Virus record (IMG/VR): IMGVR_UViG_3300036715_001160
Reading direction: 5' to 3' (one strand)
DNA length: 20,000 nt
DNA from: an uncultured virus (IMG/VR IMGVR_UViG_3300036715_001160)
Lineage: Duplodnaviria > Heunggongvirae > Uroviricota > Caudoviricetes
Below, piece after piece: positions 9,511 through 18,192 of the stretch. Position numbers and translations under genes: made by a program. Every line of letters begins with the position of its first letter. Position 1 is the stretch's first letter. The notes beneath the pieces are model-generated. The model was given only the letters and a program-made list of their open reading frames with translations, made no database searches and was not told the origin of the DNA.

Positions 9511-9747
9511 TTACATTATGTTACCCGGTGCATCCGGGGGAACAGGAAATTCTGTTTTATCTTGCACTACACCACCCTCTTCAAAAAAATGATTTAACAT
9601 TGCCTCATCTGCAGGAGTTAAATCTGCAGTAGCTTTATCAATCTTTATAGTGTCATCATATTCACTATCTGCTATCCATTTTAGGACAGTCCAGTCTACA
9701 CCCTCTTTATTTGTGTAAACTTCATATTTATAAAAAAAATGTGACAT
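9511..9747 (-). CDS. Small acidic hypothetical protein (virion/tail-associated?)
   Basis: 78 aa, packed in the structural operon. Confidence 0.65.
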   Translation of the reverse strand: MSHFFYKYEVYTNKEGVDWTVLKWIADSEYDDTIKIDKATADLTPADEAMLNHFFEEGGVVQDKTEFPVPPDAPGNIM

Positions 9748-9748
9748 A

Positions 9749-10276
9749 TTAATTACGTTCTACTGGTCTAAATACTATACTTCTTAATCCTGTTGTTGTT
9801 GCTGCAGCATCTACATATAAAGCAAATGTTCCTGCTCCTGCTGCTGCAGTATTTGCATATCCATTACTTGTAGTGTCATTTTTTACAAAATCTCCTGGGT
9901 TAGAAGGGTTTACACCCGTAGCAACAACTAATGCTTTTACAGTACCATGATATGTCATAGGAACAGTTACTCCTATAACATTTCCTTTACCATTTTCTAC
10001 AATTCCTATAATTCCTTCTGTATCTGCTGCTAATGCTTGAAATCCAATTTGATTATTGACAGTAGAAGAAGAAACACCAACTCCTCCATCTAAAAAACCT
10101 GTAGTAGTTACCATAGATTTTTGATTTGCATGTACAAAGTTATTACCATCCCACTCACGTTTTTTAGCATAAGTTGTGTCCCATACAGTATCACCTGCAT
10201 TAGCTCCTGTAATAAGGATAATGTTAGCCCAAGTTTGGCTACCATAAGTAAAATGTCCTCTAGTTAATACTCCCAT
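9749..10276 (-). CDS. Virion decoration/fibre-like protein, paralog 3
   Basis: Likely start MGVLTRG at 10276 (just after the upstream stop) rather than 10288; shares FTYG...GDTVW...WDG motifs with the two upstream genes. Confidence 0.6.
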   Translation of the reverse strand: MGVLTRGHFTYGSQTWANIILITGANAGDTVWDTTYAKKREWDGNNFVHANQKSMVTTTGFLDGGVGVSSSTVNNQIGFQALAADTEGIIGIVENGKGNVIGVTVPMTYHGTVKALVVATGVNPSNPGDFVKNDTTSNGYANTAAAGAGTFALYVDAAATTTGLRSIVFRPVERN

Positions 10277-10278
10277 AA

Positions 10279-10833
10279 TTAAAAACATTCTGCTGAATTA
10301 ATCCAACAATTTACTAATCTGTCTGCAGGCATTGTTGCAAATGCTTCTGCAATAACTCCAATTGAACCTGTTCCTCCAGTTTTTGACGCTGTTGAACTTG
10401 CTTCTCCGTTTGTTATAGTAAGTTGAACAATATGTTGTCTTGTTGTAGTTGTGGTAGCGGCAGTAAATTTTATTTTGTAAAAACCTTTACAAGCTACAAT
10501 TACTTTTGCTCCATTTATTCCACCTCTGTAAACAACACCTATATGCCAATTATCTGCAAATGTATCAGCAAGTTCTACTGTAGCTTGACTAGCTGCAGGT
10601 AAAACATTATCTATATTAACTACCTGTCCTACTGATACTGTAGCTCCTGCATTGTTTACTACTTCTACACAATCATCATTTATCCAATTGGTTCCTGTCC
10701 AATATTCTTCTTTATTAATATCTGTATTGTACACATTATCACCTGCTACTAATGTATAAGTACCGGATAGTGCATCTATCTGTGTTTTGGTTTTATTACC
10801 AAACTTTGTAAATTTATTTGAGTAAGTTGCCAT
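10279..10833 (-). CDS. Virion decoration/fibre-like protein, paralog 2
   Basis: 184 aa. GDNVY...YWTGTNW then VVNNAGATVSVGQVV...IGVV...GFYKI, a DUF2190/capsid-cement-like pattern. Confidence 0.6.
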   Translation of the reverse strand: MATYSNKFTKFGNKTKTQIDALSGTYTLVAGDNVYNTDINKEEYWTGTNWINDDCVEVVNNAGATVSVGQVVNIDNVLPAASQATVELADTFADNWHIGVVYRGGINGAKVIVACKGFYKIKFTAATTTTTRQHIVQLTITNGEASSTASKTGGTGSIGVIAEAFATMPADRLVNCWINSAECF

Positions 10834-11354
10834 TAGAAATATTCAGGTTTAGAACGTATTAAACACTTAGTAAGTCCTGCCACAGCATTTTGCTGAACAT
10901 ATACTCCAAAAAATCCATCTCCCATTGTTGTGGTAGAATCTCCTGCTCCAGTAGTAGTACTTGTTAAAGCATAATCTCCTGCATTAGTAGAACCATTTGT
11001 TCTTACATCATATATTCCTGATATAGCAACTGCAACAGGTCTTGTAGTATCATTACCGAATACAACAGGACCTAATACTAATGGGTTTCCTTGAGTAGTA
11101 GTTCTAGTAACAGAATTAGTAGCTGCTGTATTAATAATTACTACATCACCTTTAGATAAAGTTACCCCACTGTCATTTGTAATTTGTACAAAATCATTGC
11201 ACATCCAAATAAAAGAACCATTATAAGACATTAATCTATTGTTCTCTAAACAGAACACAGTATCTCCAATAGAAGGTCCACTAATTGCAGCTACCGCTGC
11301 TAAAGTGTTTACAACTCCATAAGTATAATTTCTACCATTTGCAATATAAGCCAT
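10833..11354 (-). CDS. Virion decoration/fibre-like protein, paralog 1
   Basis: 173 aa. GDTVF...YNGSFIW then ITNDSGVTLSKGDVV...LGPV...SGIYDV...AGDY. Confidence 0.6.
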   Translation of the reverse strand: MAYIANGRNYTYGVVNTLAAVAAISGPSIGDTVFCLENNRLMSYNGSFIWMCNDFVQITNDSGVTLSKGDVVIINTAATNSVTRTTTQGNPLVLGPVVFGNDTTRPVAVAISGIYDVRTNGSTNAGDYALTSTTTGAGDSTTTMGDGFFGVYVQQNAVAGLTKCLIRSKPEYF

Positions 11355-11358
11355 AATA

Positions 11359-12993
11359 TTATCCTATTATCCACCAGTTAGTACCATCAGACACAAATGT
11401 GTATGCATCATATTGATTAAATATCGGCATACCTGTAACAGACCTATTTGTACCATCAATAGTAATTCCTGCTGAAGGTGTAAGTACTCTAATATTTGTT
11501 ACTGTAGAATTAATCATTTTAACTCCTACTTTAATACCATTTGCAGCAGCAGGTAAAGTTACAGTATGTGTAGCTGCATTTACAAGTACATAGTCATTGC
11601 TTACTGCTGTATAACTTGCACCTACTTGTGTAGTAACAGTCCATGCAGATGATGCTCCTGAATATTGTGGTATATTTAATGTAGCTCCTACTAAAGTAGC
11701 AGCACCGCTAGTACCAGTAGTTGTTAATGTTATTGCATCTTGTTTTGAATTAAAAGTACTCCAGTCTGCAGCACTTAATGCACCTCTATTAGCTGCACTT
11801 GCTGTTGGCACTTGCAAAGTAATAACTGGAGTAGATGTTCCTGTAGCTACTGTTGAACTTAAATCTGTTCCCGTTGTACCTAATGTTAATGCTGCTACAC
11901 TTGTTACTGTTCCGTTACCCTTATTATTAAATGTTGTCCAATCTGTTGAAGTTAAATAACCATTAACAGAAGTTGTTGCAGCAGGTATTGAAACAGCAGG
12001 AGTATTACCACCACTAGAAACCACTGGACTTGTGCCTGTAACAGAAGTTACTGTTCCTTGTGGATTAGCAGCAGTTGTAATAGCAGTAACTCGCCCATAA
12101 GTGTCAATGGTAACTACAGGAATTAAACTAGAAGATCCCGTTGTACCTGCACTTGCCACACCACTTACAAGATCAATTACAGGAGTTGTACCACCTGTAC
12201 TAGTTATACGACCAGCAGTTCCACTTACTGATGTAATTGTTCCTGTTGTTGGAGTAACCCATTGTGCCTTACCATCTGCAGTCATTGAAGTAAGAACTTT
12301 ACCTACTCCTTCTGTACCATCTCGTAGTTGTACTGAATAATTTGAAGTAGCACCTGTTCCAACAAATTTACCTCCTATATTTTCAATACTTGTACCTCCA
12401 CTTTGTCCGTAAACTCCAATATTTTGAGTTGTGGAACTTTGAGCTGTTCCTGATGCACCATAATTAGTAGATGCACCTACTCCTTGATTAACTCCTGCAA
12501 TACCTACAGCACCATTAACTGTAGTATTACCATAAATATTATAGTTTTCTCCAGCTGTTGTACTATATACAGCAAATTTATATACTGAAACTATTGCACC
12601 ATTAACTGCTATTTTAGAACCATTATCTCTTATTTGACTATTTCCTAATGAGTCTATTCCTGTCCATTTGGATACAAAATTCAATGCACCACTACCACTT
12701 ACTGCATCAACACTTACTAAAGGGTCCATGGGAGTTCCTGAACCTGTAATTGTAACACCATCAACACTTATATTAACTATTGGATTTAATGGATCAGTAT
12801 TATCCGTATCTAATCCTGTTACAGATGCAACTCCTGAACTAGATCCACCAGGAATAGTAACAGTAACATCTTCTCCTATTGAACTTGCTACTACACCTGC
12901 TCCTACAAAATTAATAGTACTAAGATCTTTGGTTAATATTACAGATTCATCAAGAGCTGTAATTTTTTTCTTTATGTTTATTTCTGTACTCAT
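11359..12993 (-). CDS. Tail fibre protein
   Basis: 544 aa, G/S/T-rich, repeated GT(I/V)TSV...GTTPVI modules and duplicated G(Y/A)L(T/S)xxDWxTFNxK; C-terminal VTLPAA...IDG...SDGTNW knob-type motif. Confidence 0.8.
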   Translation of the reverse strand: MSTEINIKKKITALDESVILTKDLSTINFVGAGVVASSIGEDVTVTIPGGSSSGVASVTGLDTDNTDPLNPIVNISVDGVTITGSGTPMDPLVSVDAVSGSGALNFVSKWTGIDSLGNSQIRDNGSKIAVNGAIVSVYKFAVYSTTAGENYNIYGNTTVNGAVGIAGVNQGVGASTNYGASGTAQSSTTQNIGVYGQSGGTSIENIGGKFVGTGATSNYSVQLRDGTEGVGKVLTSMTADGKAQWVTPTTGTITSVSGTAGRITSTGGTTPVIDLVSGVASAGTTGSSSLIPVVTIDTYGRVTAITTAANPQGTVTSVTGTSPVVSSGGNTPAVSIPAATTSVNGYLTSTDWTTFNNKGNGTVTSVAALTLGTTGTDLSSTVATGTSTPVITLQVPTASAANRGALSAADWSTFNSKQDAITLTTTGTSGAATLVGATLNIPQYSGASSAWTVTTQVGASYTAVSNDYVLVNAATHTVTLPAAANGIKVGVKMINSTVTNIRVLTPSAGITIDGTNRSVTGMPIFNQYDAYTFVSDGTNWWIIG

Positions 12994-13005
12994 TAGTATA
13001 TAGTA

Positions 13006-13611
13006 TTATGAATTATAAGTAATAAGTAATTCAGTACCTGTTCCGTCATATGTAAATGTAGAAGCAGCATAAGAATTATTAATACCATCAGCTCCAAAAT
13101 TTACTGATTCTCCTGGTTTAATTGTAGCACCTAAGAAAGTTCCATTACCTGTTCCTACATTTGCTATAGAAAGACTATATGTTATTGGAGCAACTGTACC
13201 TGATGTAGATGTTCTAATATAATTAGGAGTTCTAGTAACAGCTGATGTATTACTTACTATTTGAGCTAAGTAAGTATTAGGATTGATATAAGTAATTGGT
13301 GCAAGTGGTGTACCTGGAGTATTTGTTCCTGCTAAATAATAAACTGGTGGATCAAATGTTCCCGTACCTGCATTATAAATTCTTATCTCTAACCAAGTAA
13401 CATCATTAGCATCAACAACTAAAGCTGCTTCATATTCAGTTCCTGCTTGAATTGCAGCAAGTATTTGGTTAAGTAATGAATCAACATTAACAGTATTAGT
13501 GTTAATATCTATTAAATTGTCACAGGCACACTCTTGACCATATAACATTTTTAATTGCCATGGCATATTGGTACCCTTGCCACCATATGTTTTTAAATTT
13601 CCTACAGACAT
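13006..13611 (-). CDS. Putative virion structural protein
   Basis: 201 aa, Thr/Gly-rich beta-type C-terminus, follows a late-promoter motif. Confidence 0.6.
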   Translation of the reverse strand: MSVGNLKTYGGKGTNMPWQLKMLYGQECACDNLIDINTNTVNVDSLLNQILAAIQAGTEYEAALVVDANDVTWLEIRIYNAGTGTFDPPVYYLAGTNTPGTPLAPITYINPNTYLAQIVSNTSAVTRTPNYIRTSTSGTVAPITYSLSIANVGTGNGTFLGATIKPGESVNFGADGINNSYAASTFTYDGTGTELLITYNS

Positions 13612-13624
13612 AATAATTTGATTT

Positions 13625-13641
13625 TATATATAATAATATAC
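13625..13641 (-). promoter_or_regulatory. Putative phage late promoter GTATATTA-TTA-TATATA
   Basis: Second copy of the motif, 14 nt before the ATG at 13611; a host-type TATATTTG lies just upstream at 13661-13668. Confidence 0.5.
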
Positions 13642-13667
13642 GCAAAAGATTCTAGATATACAAATAT

Positions 13668-13698
13668 AAAAAAGAAAAGCCACATTACTGTGACTCTT
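13668..13698 (-). terminator. Intrinsic terminator
   Basis: AAGAGTCACA-GTAA-TGTGGCTTTT with GNRA loop and G-U pairs valid on the minus strand, followed by CTTTTTT. Confidence 0.75.
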
Positions 13699-13710
13699 AC
13701 TTTTTAATTT

Positions 13711-14028
13711 TTATTCAGCAAAACTATGTGTGTTAATTTCTAAAAATACTTTTTTAATCTTAGCAGGAAGATCATTAAAATTAATTTCAACAGATGCATC
13801 AGTTACTGTTGATGTTACTGAACTTATTAAATTGATATTAGCCCAATATGGTGCATCTATAATTATAGTAAAGACATTAGTATTAAAATAAACAATAAAA
13901 TCAGTTAATGCTTTTGCATTTGTTTTATTTTCTTTAGATGGTTTATAATCAAGTTCTATAGCACCTAAGTCTACTATAATTGTTTCTTCTATTTCGTTAG
14001 AAGTATTATTTGTTATTGTAATATTCAT
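13711..14028 (-). CDS. Hypothetical protein (possible tailspike accessory/chaperone)
   Basis: 105 aa, 3 nt after the tailspike stop. Confidence 0.6.
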   Translation of the reverse strand: MNITITNNTSNEIEETIIVDLGAIELDYKPSKENKTNAKALTDFIVYFNTNVFTIIIDAPYWANINLISSVTSTVTDASVEINFNDLPAKIKKVFLEINTHSFAE

Positions 14029-14031
14029 GGT

Positions 14032-15726
14032 TTAATAAATTGGTAGTGTGAATAATGGTTCAACTTCTAAATTGTTTGTTGCATATTTTTGTGTTAATAC
14101 ATCTGATATATTCATATTAGAAACACAATTTTTAAGGGCTATAGTTACAGCATTTCCATTAGTATTAACTACAAATCCTCCACCACCAACTAATACAGCA
14201 TCAGTTCGTATCATGGATAATTTTGCAGTAATTGCAGTAACACTAATAATATCTATTGTTGCATCATCTTGGATTATTTTACATTTATCAAATCCAATTT
14301 CATTATTTAAAGATACTAGAAATGCATTAGTTAATGTACCAACTAACTTATTAAATGTTGTGCCATTAAAAAATAATTTTACAACATTACCTGCATTTGC
14401 AAATATAGTTAATGAAGTATTAAATAAACCATTAATACCTTTTATTTTTTTCGAATTGAATACAATTGTCATAACAGAATTATTATGGGAATGAATTCCT
14501 CTAGCAATTGATAAGTCTATATCTCCATTAATGGTTACTAGACCACCAAATGTTTGATTATTCTGAATTAACTGGCTACTTGTATTTGTAGCTTCATTAA
14601 TAATATCTCCATGAATTGTAAATTTAAAATTTGAATCTGTTTGCTGAAAATAGAGTGCATTTTTAAAACTTTGTCCAAATCCCCCTCCAGTTTTCCATAT
14701 CCAACTAGGTGCAGTAAAAATCCACGTTCCTGTACAGTTAACACTACCAGCTGAAATGGCAGTTAAGGTAATTGCGTAGTAAAAGATTACAGGTGTTTTA
14801 CAAGTAAAATTAAAATCACAATCACCTCTTACAGCAATATCCTGTGCCCTATTTCCTAATGTACATTTTTCTAAAATAACCGTTAATTTAGCTTTACCTA
14901 CTGACGTTGTTGGGTTATGTGCTATGCATCTTGTATTGTATAATGATGGTATTGGCATTTTATATACTTCAAATGCTTCAATATGAATATCAGATGCAAA
15001 TAATCCGGAATACAATAATGCATCTTCTTTAAATGTTGCATATCCCAAAACAACAGCTTTCACAGTGTTTACATCATCAATAAATCCACCCGATGTAAAT
15101 ACTACACCTGGTTCGCAATAAGTAATTATATTAGTTTTTAAAGTTATAGATACTGTATAAATACCACTTCTTAAATAAATACATCCTGGTTGGGATTCTG
15201 ATACACCAAATGCAATTAATGCTATTTGTGCTGCGGCAACTGTTATATATGGTTTAGTTACATTTCCTAATATTGCTGTTGAATCATCACCATTTACTAA
15301 ATCTATAAAAGCATAATGAGTATGTAATACAGAACTAACTGATACTAGTGGGTTTCCAGGTGTTCCATCACCTGTTATAGTAGTTCCATCAACAGATAGT
15401 TGAATAATAGGATTAAGTGGATCTGTGTTATCAGTATCTAATCCAGTAACTGAAGCAACACCAGTACTAGTATAATTAGGAATGTTTAATACTGTACCAA
15501 TTAATGTTGATGCACCTGATGTACCTGTTGTAGTTAAAGTAAAAGGAAATGGTAACAAACTAGCAATACTATTAGCTAAATTAGTTGAGGTTATTAATAC
15601 TGGTTGGTAATTACCAATAAAGTTTGGATCTCTTACACCTACCGTAAATAAATCTGTTGCATCCAAGAGTGTTCTAATTTTACCATTACTAATAAGATTA
15701 GAATAATTAGTTATATTATTTAACAT
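14032..15726 (-). CDS. Tailspike/receptor-binding protein with putative beta-helix (pectate-lyase-like) domain
   Basis: Likely start MLNNITNY at 15726 (the track's 15762 extension lies inside a hairpin). FIDLVNGDDSTAILGNVTKPYITVAAA...IYLRSGIY is the typical cap preceding right-handed beta-helices; long I/N/T-rich beta region. Confidence 0.7.
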   Translation of the reverse strand: MLNNITNYSNLISNGKIRTLLDATDLFTVGVRDPNFIGNYQPVLITSTNLANSIASLLPFPFTLTTTGTSGASTLIGTVLNIPNYTSTGVASVTGLDTDNTDPLNPIIQLSVDGTTITGDGTPGNPLVSVSSVLHTHYAFIDLVNGDDSTAILGNVTKPYITVAAAQIALIAFGVSESQPGCIYLRSGIYTVSITLKTNIITYCEPGVVFTSGGFIDDVNTVKAVVLGYATFKEDALLYSGLFASDIHIEAFEVYKMPIPSLYNTRCIAHNPTTSVGKAKLTVILEKCTLGNRAQDIAVRGDCDFNFTCKTPVIFYYAITLTAISAGSVNCTGTWIFTAPSWIWKTGGGFGQSFKNALYFQQTDSNFKFTIHGDIINEATNTSSQLIQNNQTFGGLVTINGDIDLSIARGIHSHNNSVMTIVFNSKKIKGINGLFNTSLTIFANAGNVVKLFFNGTTFNKLVGTLTNAFLVSLNNEIGFDKCKIIQDDATIDIISVTAITAKLSMIRTDAVLVGGGGFVVNTNGNAVTIALKNCVSNMNISDVLTQKYATNNLEVEPLFTLPIY

Positions 15727-15749
15727 GATTATTATTTTTAGTTTAATGT

Positions 15750-15784
15750 AAAAATACCACAAACATATTATATCTGTGGTATTT
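15750..15784 (-). terminator. 15-bp hairpin (terminator/attenuator or processing stem)
   Basis: AAATACCACAGATAT-AAT-ATGTTTGTGGTATTT on the minus strand (two G-U pairs), ending in a short T run. Confidence 0.6.
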
Positions 15785-15807
15785 ATATTTTTTTATTTTT
15801 TTTTTAA

Positions 15808-16041
15808 TTACGGTACTATTGTAGGTACGTGTGTAGTTTTAATATCACCTGATCCTTCTTCACGAAAATATACCCCTAATCCAAATGTGTTATATACATT
15901 AGTATTACTATTTGTATTAACAAAAAAATCATATAATGCAGTTAATGCTACTGCTTTTTCATCTAATGATACTGAGTTATTCATCAATACTGATGCATAT
16001 ACTTTAATATCTGCTTCTTTTAATGCTGGTGCTGCTGCCAT
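15808..16041 (-). CDS. Small hypothetical protein
   Basis: 77 aa, A-rich start context, same strand as the operon. Confidence 0.7.
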   Translation of the reverse strand: MAAAPALKEADIKVYASVLMNNSVSLDEKAVALTALYDFFVNTNSNTNVYNTFGLGVYFREEGSGDIKTTHVPTIVP

Positions 16042-16067
16042 GTTATTTATTTTTTATAGTTAATTAA

Positions 16068-16274
16068 TTAATTTTTTACTGGTTTTACATGATCTTGTTT
16101 TCTACTATCCAATAAAGCTTTTTTCATTTCTTCAATTTTTTTTCTAATTCCTGCTTTACGTGGATTTTCTTTTTCTTCTGTTGCTACTGCTTCAGCTGCT
16201 TTAGCTTTAGTCAATTTTGGAGCAACTGTTTTACCCCATCCTTCTGGTGTTTTACCAAATGTTTTTCTTTCCAT
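16068..16274 (-). CDS. Small basic Lys/Ala/Glu-rich protein (possible internal virion/DNA-binding protein)
   Basis: 68 aa, low complexity, A-rich start context. Confidence 0.65.
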   Translation of the reverse strand: MERKTFGKTPEGWGKTVAPKLTKAKAAEAVATEEKENPRKAGIRKKIEEMKKALLDSRKQDHVKPVKN

Positions 16275-16292
16275 GATAAATATTTTTTAAAA

Positions 16293-16970
16293 TTAATAAA
16301 TAGTAAATTTAATTGGTTCACCTTCAATTTCTAAGAACTCATATTCAAATGAAATTAAAGCTTGCATACCATCTACTGCTGTGTTACTTACAACTACTAA
16401 ATATAAATCTACAGCATCAGGTGCATAATAATCAAGTGCAATAGTCATAAGTTCTGCAGGTGCAGCATCTCCAAAACCATCTGCTACCATAGCACCATTT
16501 GCAAAAGCACTTGTAAAAGGACTTGGAAAAGGAGCACTAACAAATGCACCAACACTACCTGAAGTTTTCCAAGGTAAATTAAATAAATCATCACCATTAA
16601 CTGATTCAACTGTACCAATATATTCTACAGTAACATTAACACCTTCTAGTAAACCATATGATCCACCTACTTTATACCCAACTAAATTTGCTGCAAATGC
16701 TGTAGGAAAAGCAGGAGTATCTTCAATTCTTGTACAAGTAGATAACATTGATGGTGTAATATACCAAGGATAATCATCTAAGATACCTGTCTTATAAGTA
16801 CTATTAACTTGACAACCTGCAGCAACTGCATCATTTAATGTCATTGCTACTGTAAGATACTTGTCATCTCTTTTTGTTGACGGTGCACCTACAGCAATTA
16901 GAGATCCATCTGGAGGTGTAGTAGTTACACGCTTTGCTTTAATCCAGGAAATAAAATTTAAAATGTCCAT
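16293..16970 (-). CDS. Putative virion protein sharing an N-terminal domain with the tailspike
   Basis: 225 aa; gapless 42-aa similarity to the tailspike N-terminus; follows a late-promoter motif. Confidence 0.65.
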   Translation of the reverse strand: MDILNFISWIKAKRVTTTPPDGSLIAVGAPSTKRDDKYLTVAMTLNDAVAAGCQVNSTYKTGILDDYPWYITPSMLSTCTRIEDTPAFPTAFAANLVGYKVGGSYGLLEGVNVTVEYIGTVESVNGDDLFNLPWKTSGSVGAFVSAPFPSPFTSAFANGAMVADGFGDAAPAELMTIALDYYAPDAVDLYLVVVSNTAVDGMQALISFEYEFLEIEGEPIKFTIY

Positions 16971-16990
16971 GTTTATTTATTTTTAATATA

Positions 16991-17007
16991 TATATACTAT
17001 AATATAC
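16991..17007 (-). promoter_or_regulatory. Putative phage late promoter GTATATTA-TAG-TATATA
   Basis: Third copy of the motif, 21 nt before the ATG at 16970 and just downstream of a terminator. Confidence 0.5.
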
Positions 17008-17020
17008 AAAATAATTATAT

Positions 17021-17053
17021 AAAAACAAAATCCTTAAAAATAATTCAAGGATT
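17021..17053 (-). terminator. Intrinsic terminator
   Basis: AATCCTT...AAGGATT stem followed by TTGTTTTT, just after the HEXXH gene. Confidence 0.7.
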
Positions 17054-17065
17054 CTTTTGAGTAAT

Positions 17066-17527
17066 TTATCTTTTAAAGAATTGTTTTTTAGGACTTTCCT
17101 TTTTATCAAAGTCTAACTTCTTAATAATCTTATTAGCTTCATCCTCTGCAAAAGTAATAACCTCTTCTTCTTTATCTTTTATATTCCAGTTATTAAGTAA
17201 GATAGCCATATGCATAGTCTCATGCATAACTGCTGTAGCTTTTTCAGTAGTATTATATCTTTTAAATGTACCAAGGTTTATAAACAAGAATGGTTTGTAT
17301 GGATCCTTTGCAGTTAACTTCTTATCTGCAGGATCATAGTTAGTTAATCCATAAAGATAAACACCATTACCTTCATCTCCTTTTTTAGGAGTAGTCTTAT
17401 CTACCTCTTCTGCTTGTGCATCCTTCCTATTCAACCCATGCATTTCATCAACCTTATAGTAATCAAATATCTCTGTAGCATTATTACCTGCAAACAGTAT
17501 ATATTTTCCCATGTCAAATTTTTTCAT
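17066..17527 (-). CDS. Zincin-like HEXXH metallopeptidase-motif protein
   Basis: 153 aa. VMHETMHMA followed by EEE; own promoter (TATATTTG 17551-17558) and terminator. Confidence 0.7.
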   Translation of the reverse strand: MKKFDMGKYILFAGNNATEIFDYYKVDEMHGLNRKDAQAEEVDKTTPKKGDEGNGVYLYGLTNYDPADKKLTAKDPYKPFLFINLGTFKRYNTTEKATAVMHETMHMAILLNNWNIKDKEEEVITFAEDEANKIIKKLDFDKKESPKKQFFKR

Positions 17528-17563
17528 AAAATAAATTTAAATCATCATTACAAATATATATAT

Positions 17564-17652
17564 AAAAACAAAATCCCAGATTAATTTTCTGGGATTTCCT
17601 TACCTAGCTAGTCAAATAAATAGCTTAAATCAGAGAATGGTTGTTTTAGCTA
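17564..17652 (-). ncRNA. Candidate small RNA 1 (AGGTAAG + terminator scaffold)
   Basis: Promoter-like TATATTGC (17655-17662), no ORF, GCTAGGTAAG, then hairpin AAATCCCAGA/TCTGGGATTT and TTGTTTTT-type tail. Ends approximate. Confidence 0.55.
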
Positions 17653-17677
17653 ATGCAATATATAAATAATATTTTAA

Positions 17678-17899
17678 TCAAATATACTTTTTTAATTTTT
17701 TATTTTTAATTTTTTTTGCTTTATGTATACTCTTTTTAGCAGAGCTTCTTGTATTAATCATTTTGTTTTTAACTCTTAAGTCTTCCTTAAATACAATCTT
17801 ACTACGCATTGCCATATCATCATTGTGACTTCCTCCTTGATTATAGTTAGGACCAACTGATGCACATGAATACAATAATAATATCAAAAGCCATTTCAT
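17678..17899 (-). CDS. Small lipoprotein
   Basis: MKWLLILLLYSC lipobox signal; very basic C-terminus. Confidence 0.65.
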   Translation of the reverse strand: MKWLLILLLYSCASVGPNYNQGGSHNDDMAMRSKIVFKEDLRVKNKMINTRSSAKKSIHKAKKIKNKKLKKYI

Positions 17900-18192
17900 T
17901 TCTTTAACTCAGCTATTCTTCTTTTTAAATATACTTCAGCTTTTTCCAGATCCTCTAACTCTTTAGCAGCATCTTTTTTTCCAGTTCTTGCCAGATACTT
18001 AATTACATTACCTAAGTAAAAATCTTTATCAAGTCCCCATGCTTCTAGTACATCAAATAATGCATATTCATTATTTGGTTTTAGTACAGGCTTAGGAGTT
18101 GTATACTTAAAAGAATTTGGTAATGCATTATCATAATATCTATTACTTCTTTTCTCATTATAGAGATCACAAAGTTTATCTATATCTACCAT
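17896..18192 (-). CDS. DUF3310 (SaV-like) domain protein
   Basis: FYLGNVIKYLARTGKK...EDLEKAEVYL signature. Confidence 0.8.
   Translation of the reverse strand: MVDIDKLCDLYNEKRSNRYYDNALPNSFKYTTPKPVLKPNNEYALFDVLEAWGLDKDFYLGNVIKYLARTGKKDAAKELEDLEKAEVYLKRRIAELKK

Noticed and set aside
11359..15726. Diversity-generating retroelement acting on the fibre repeats
   Set aside because: Differences between repeat copies are mostly synonymous rather than adenine-specific, both copies are coding, and no reverse transcriptase is in the window.
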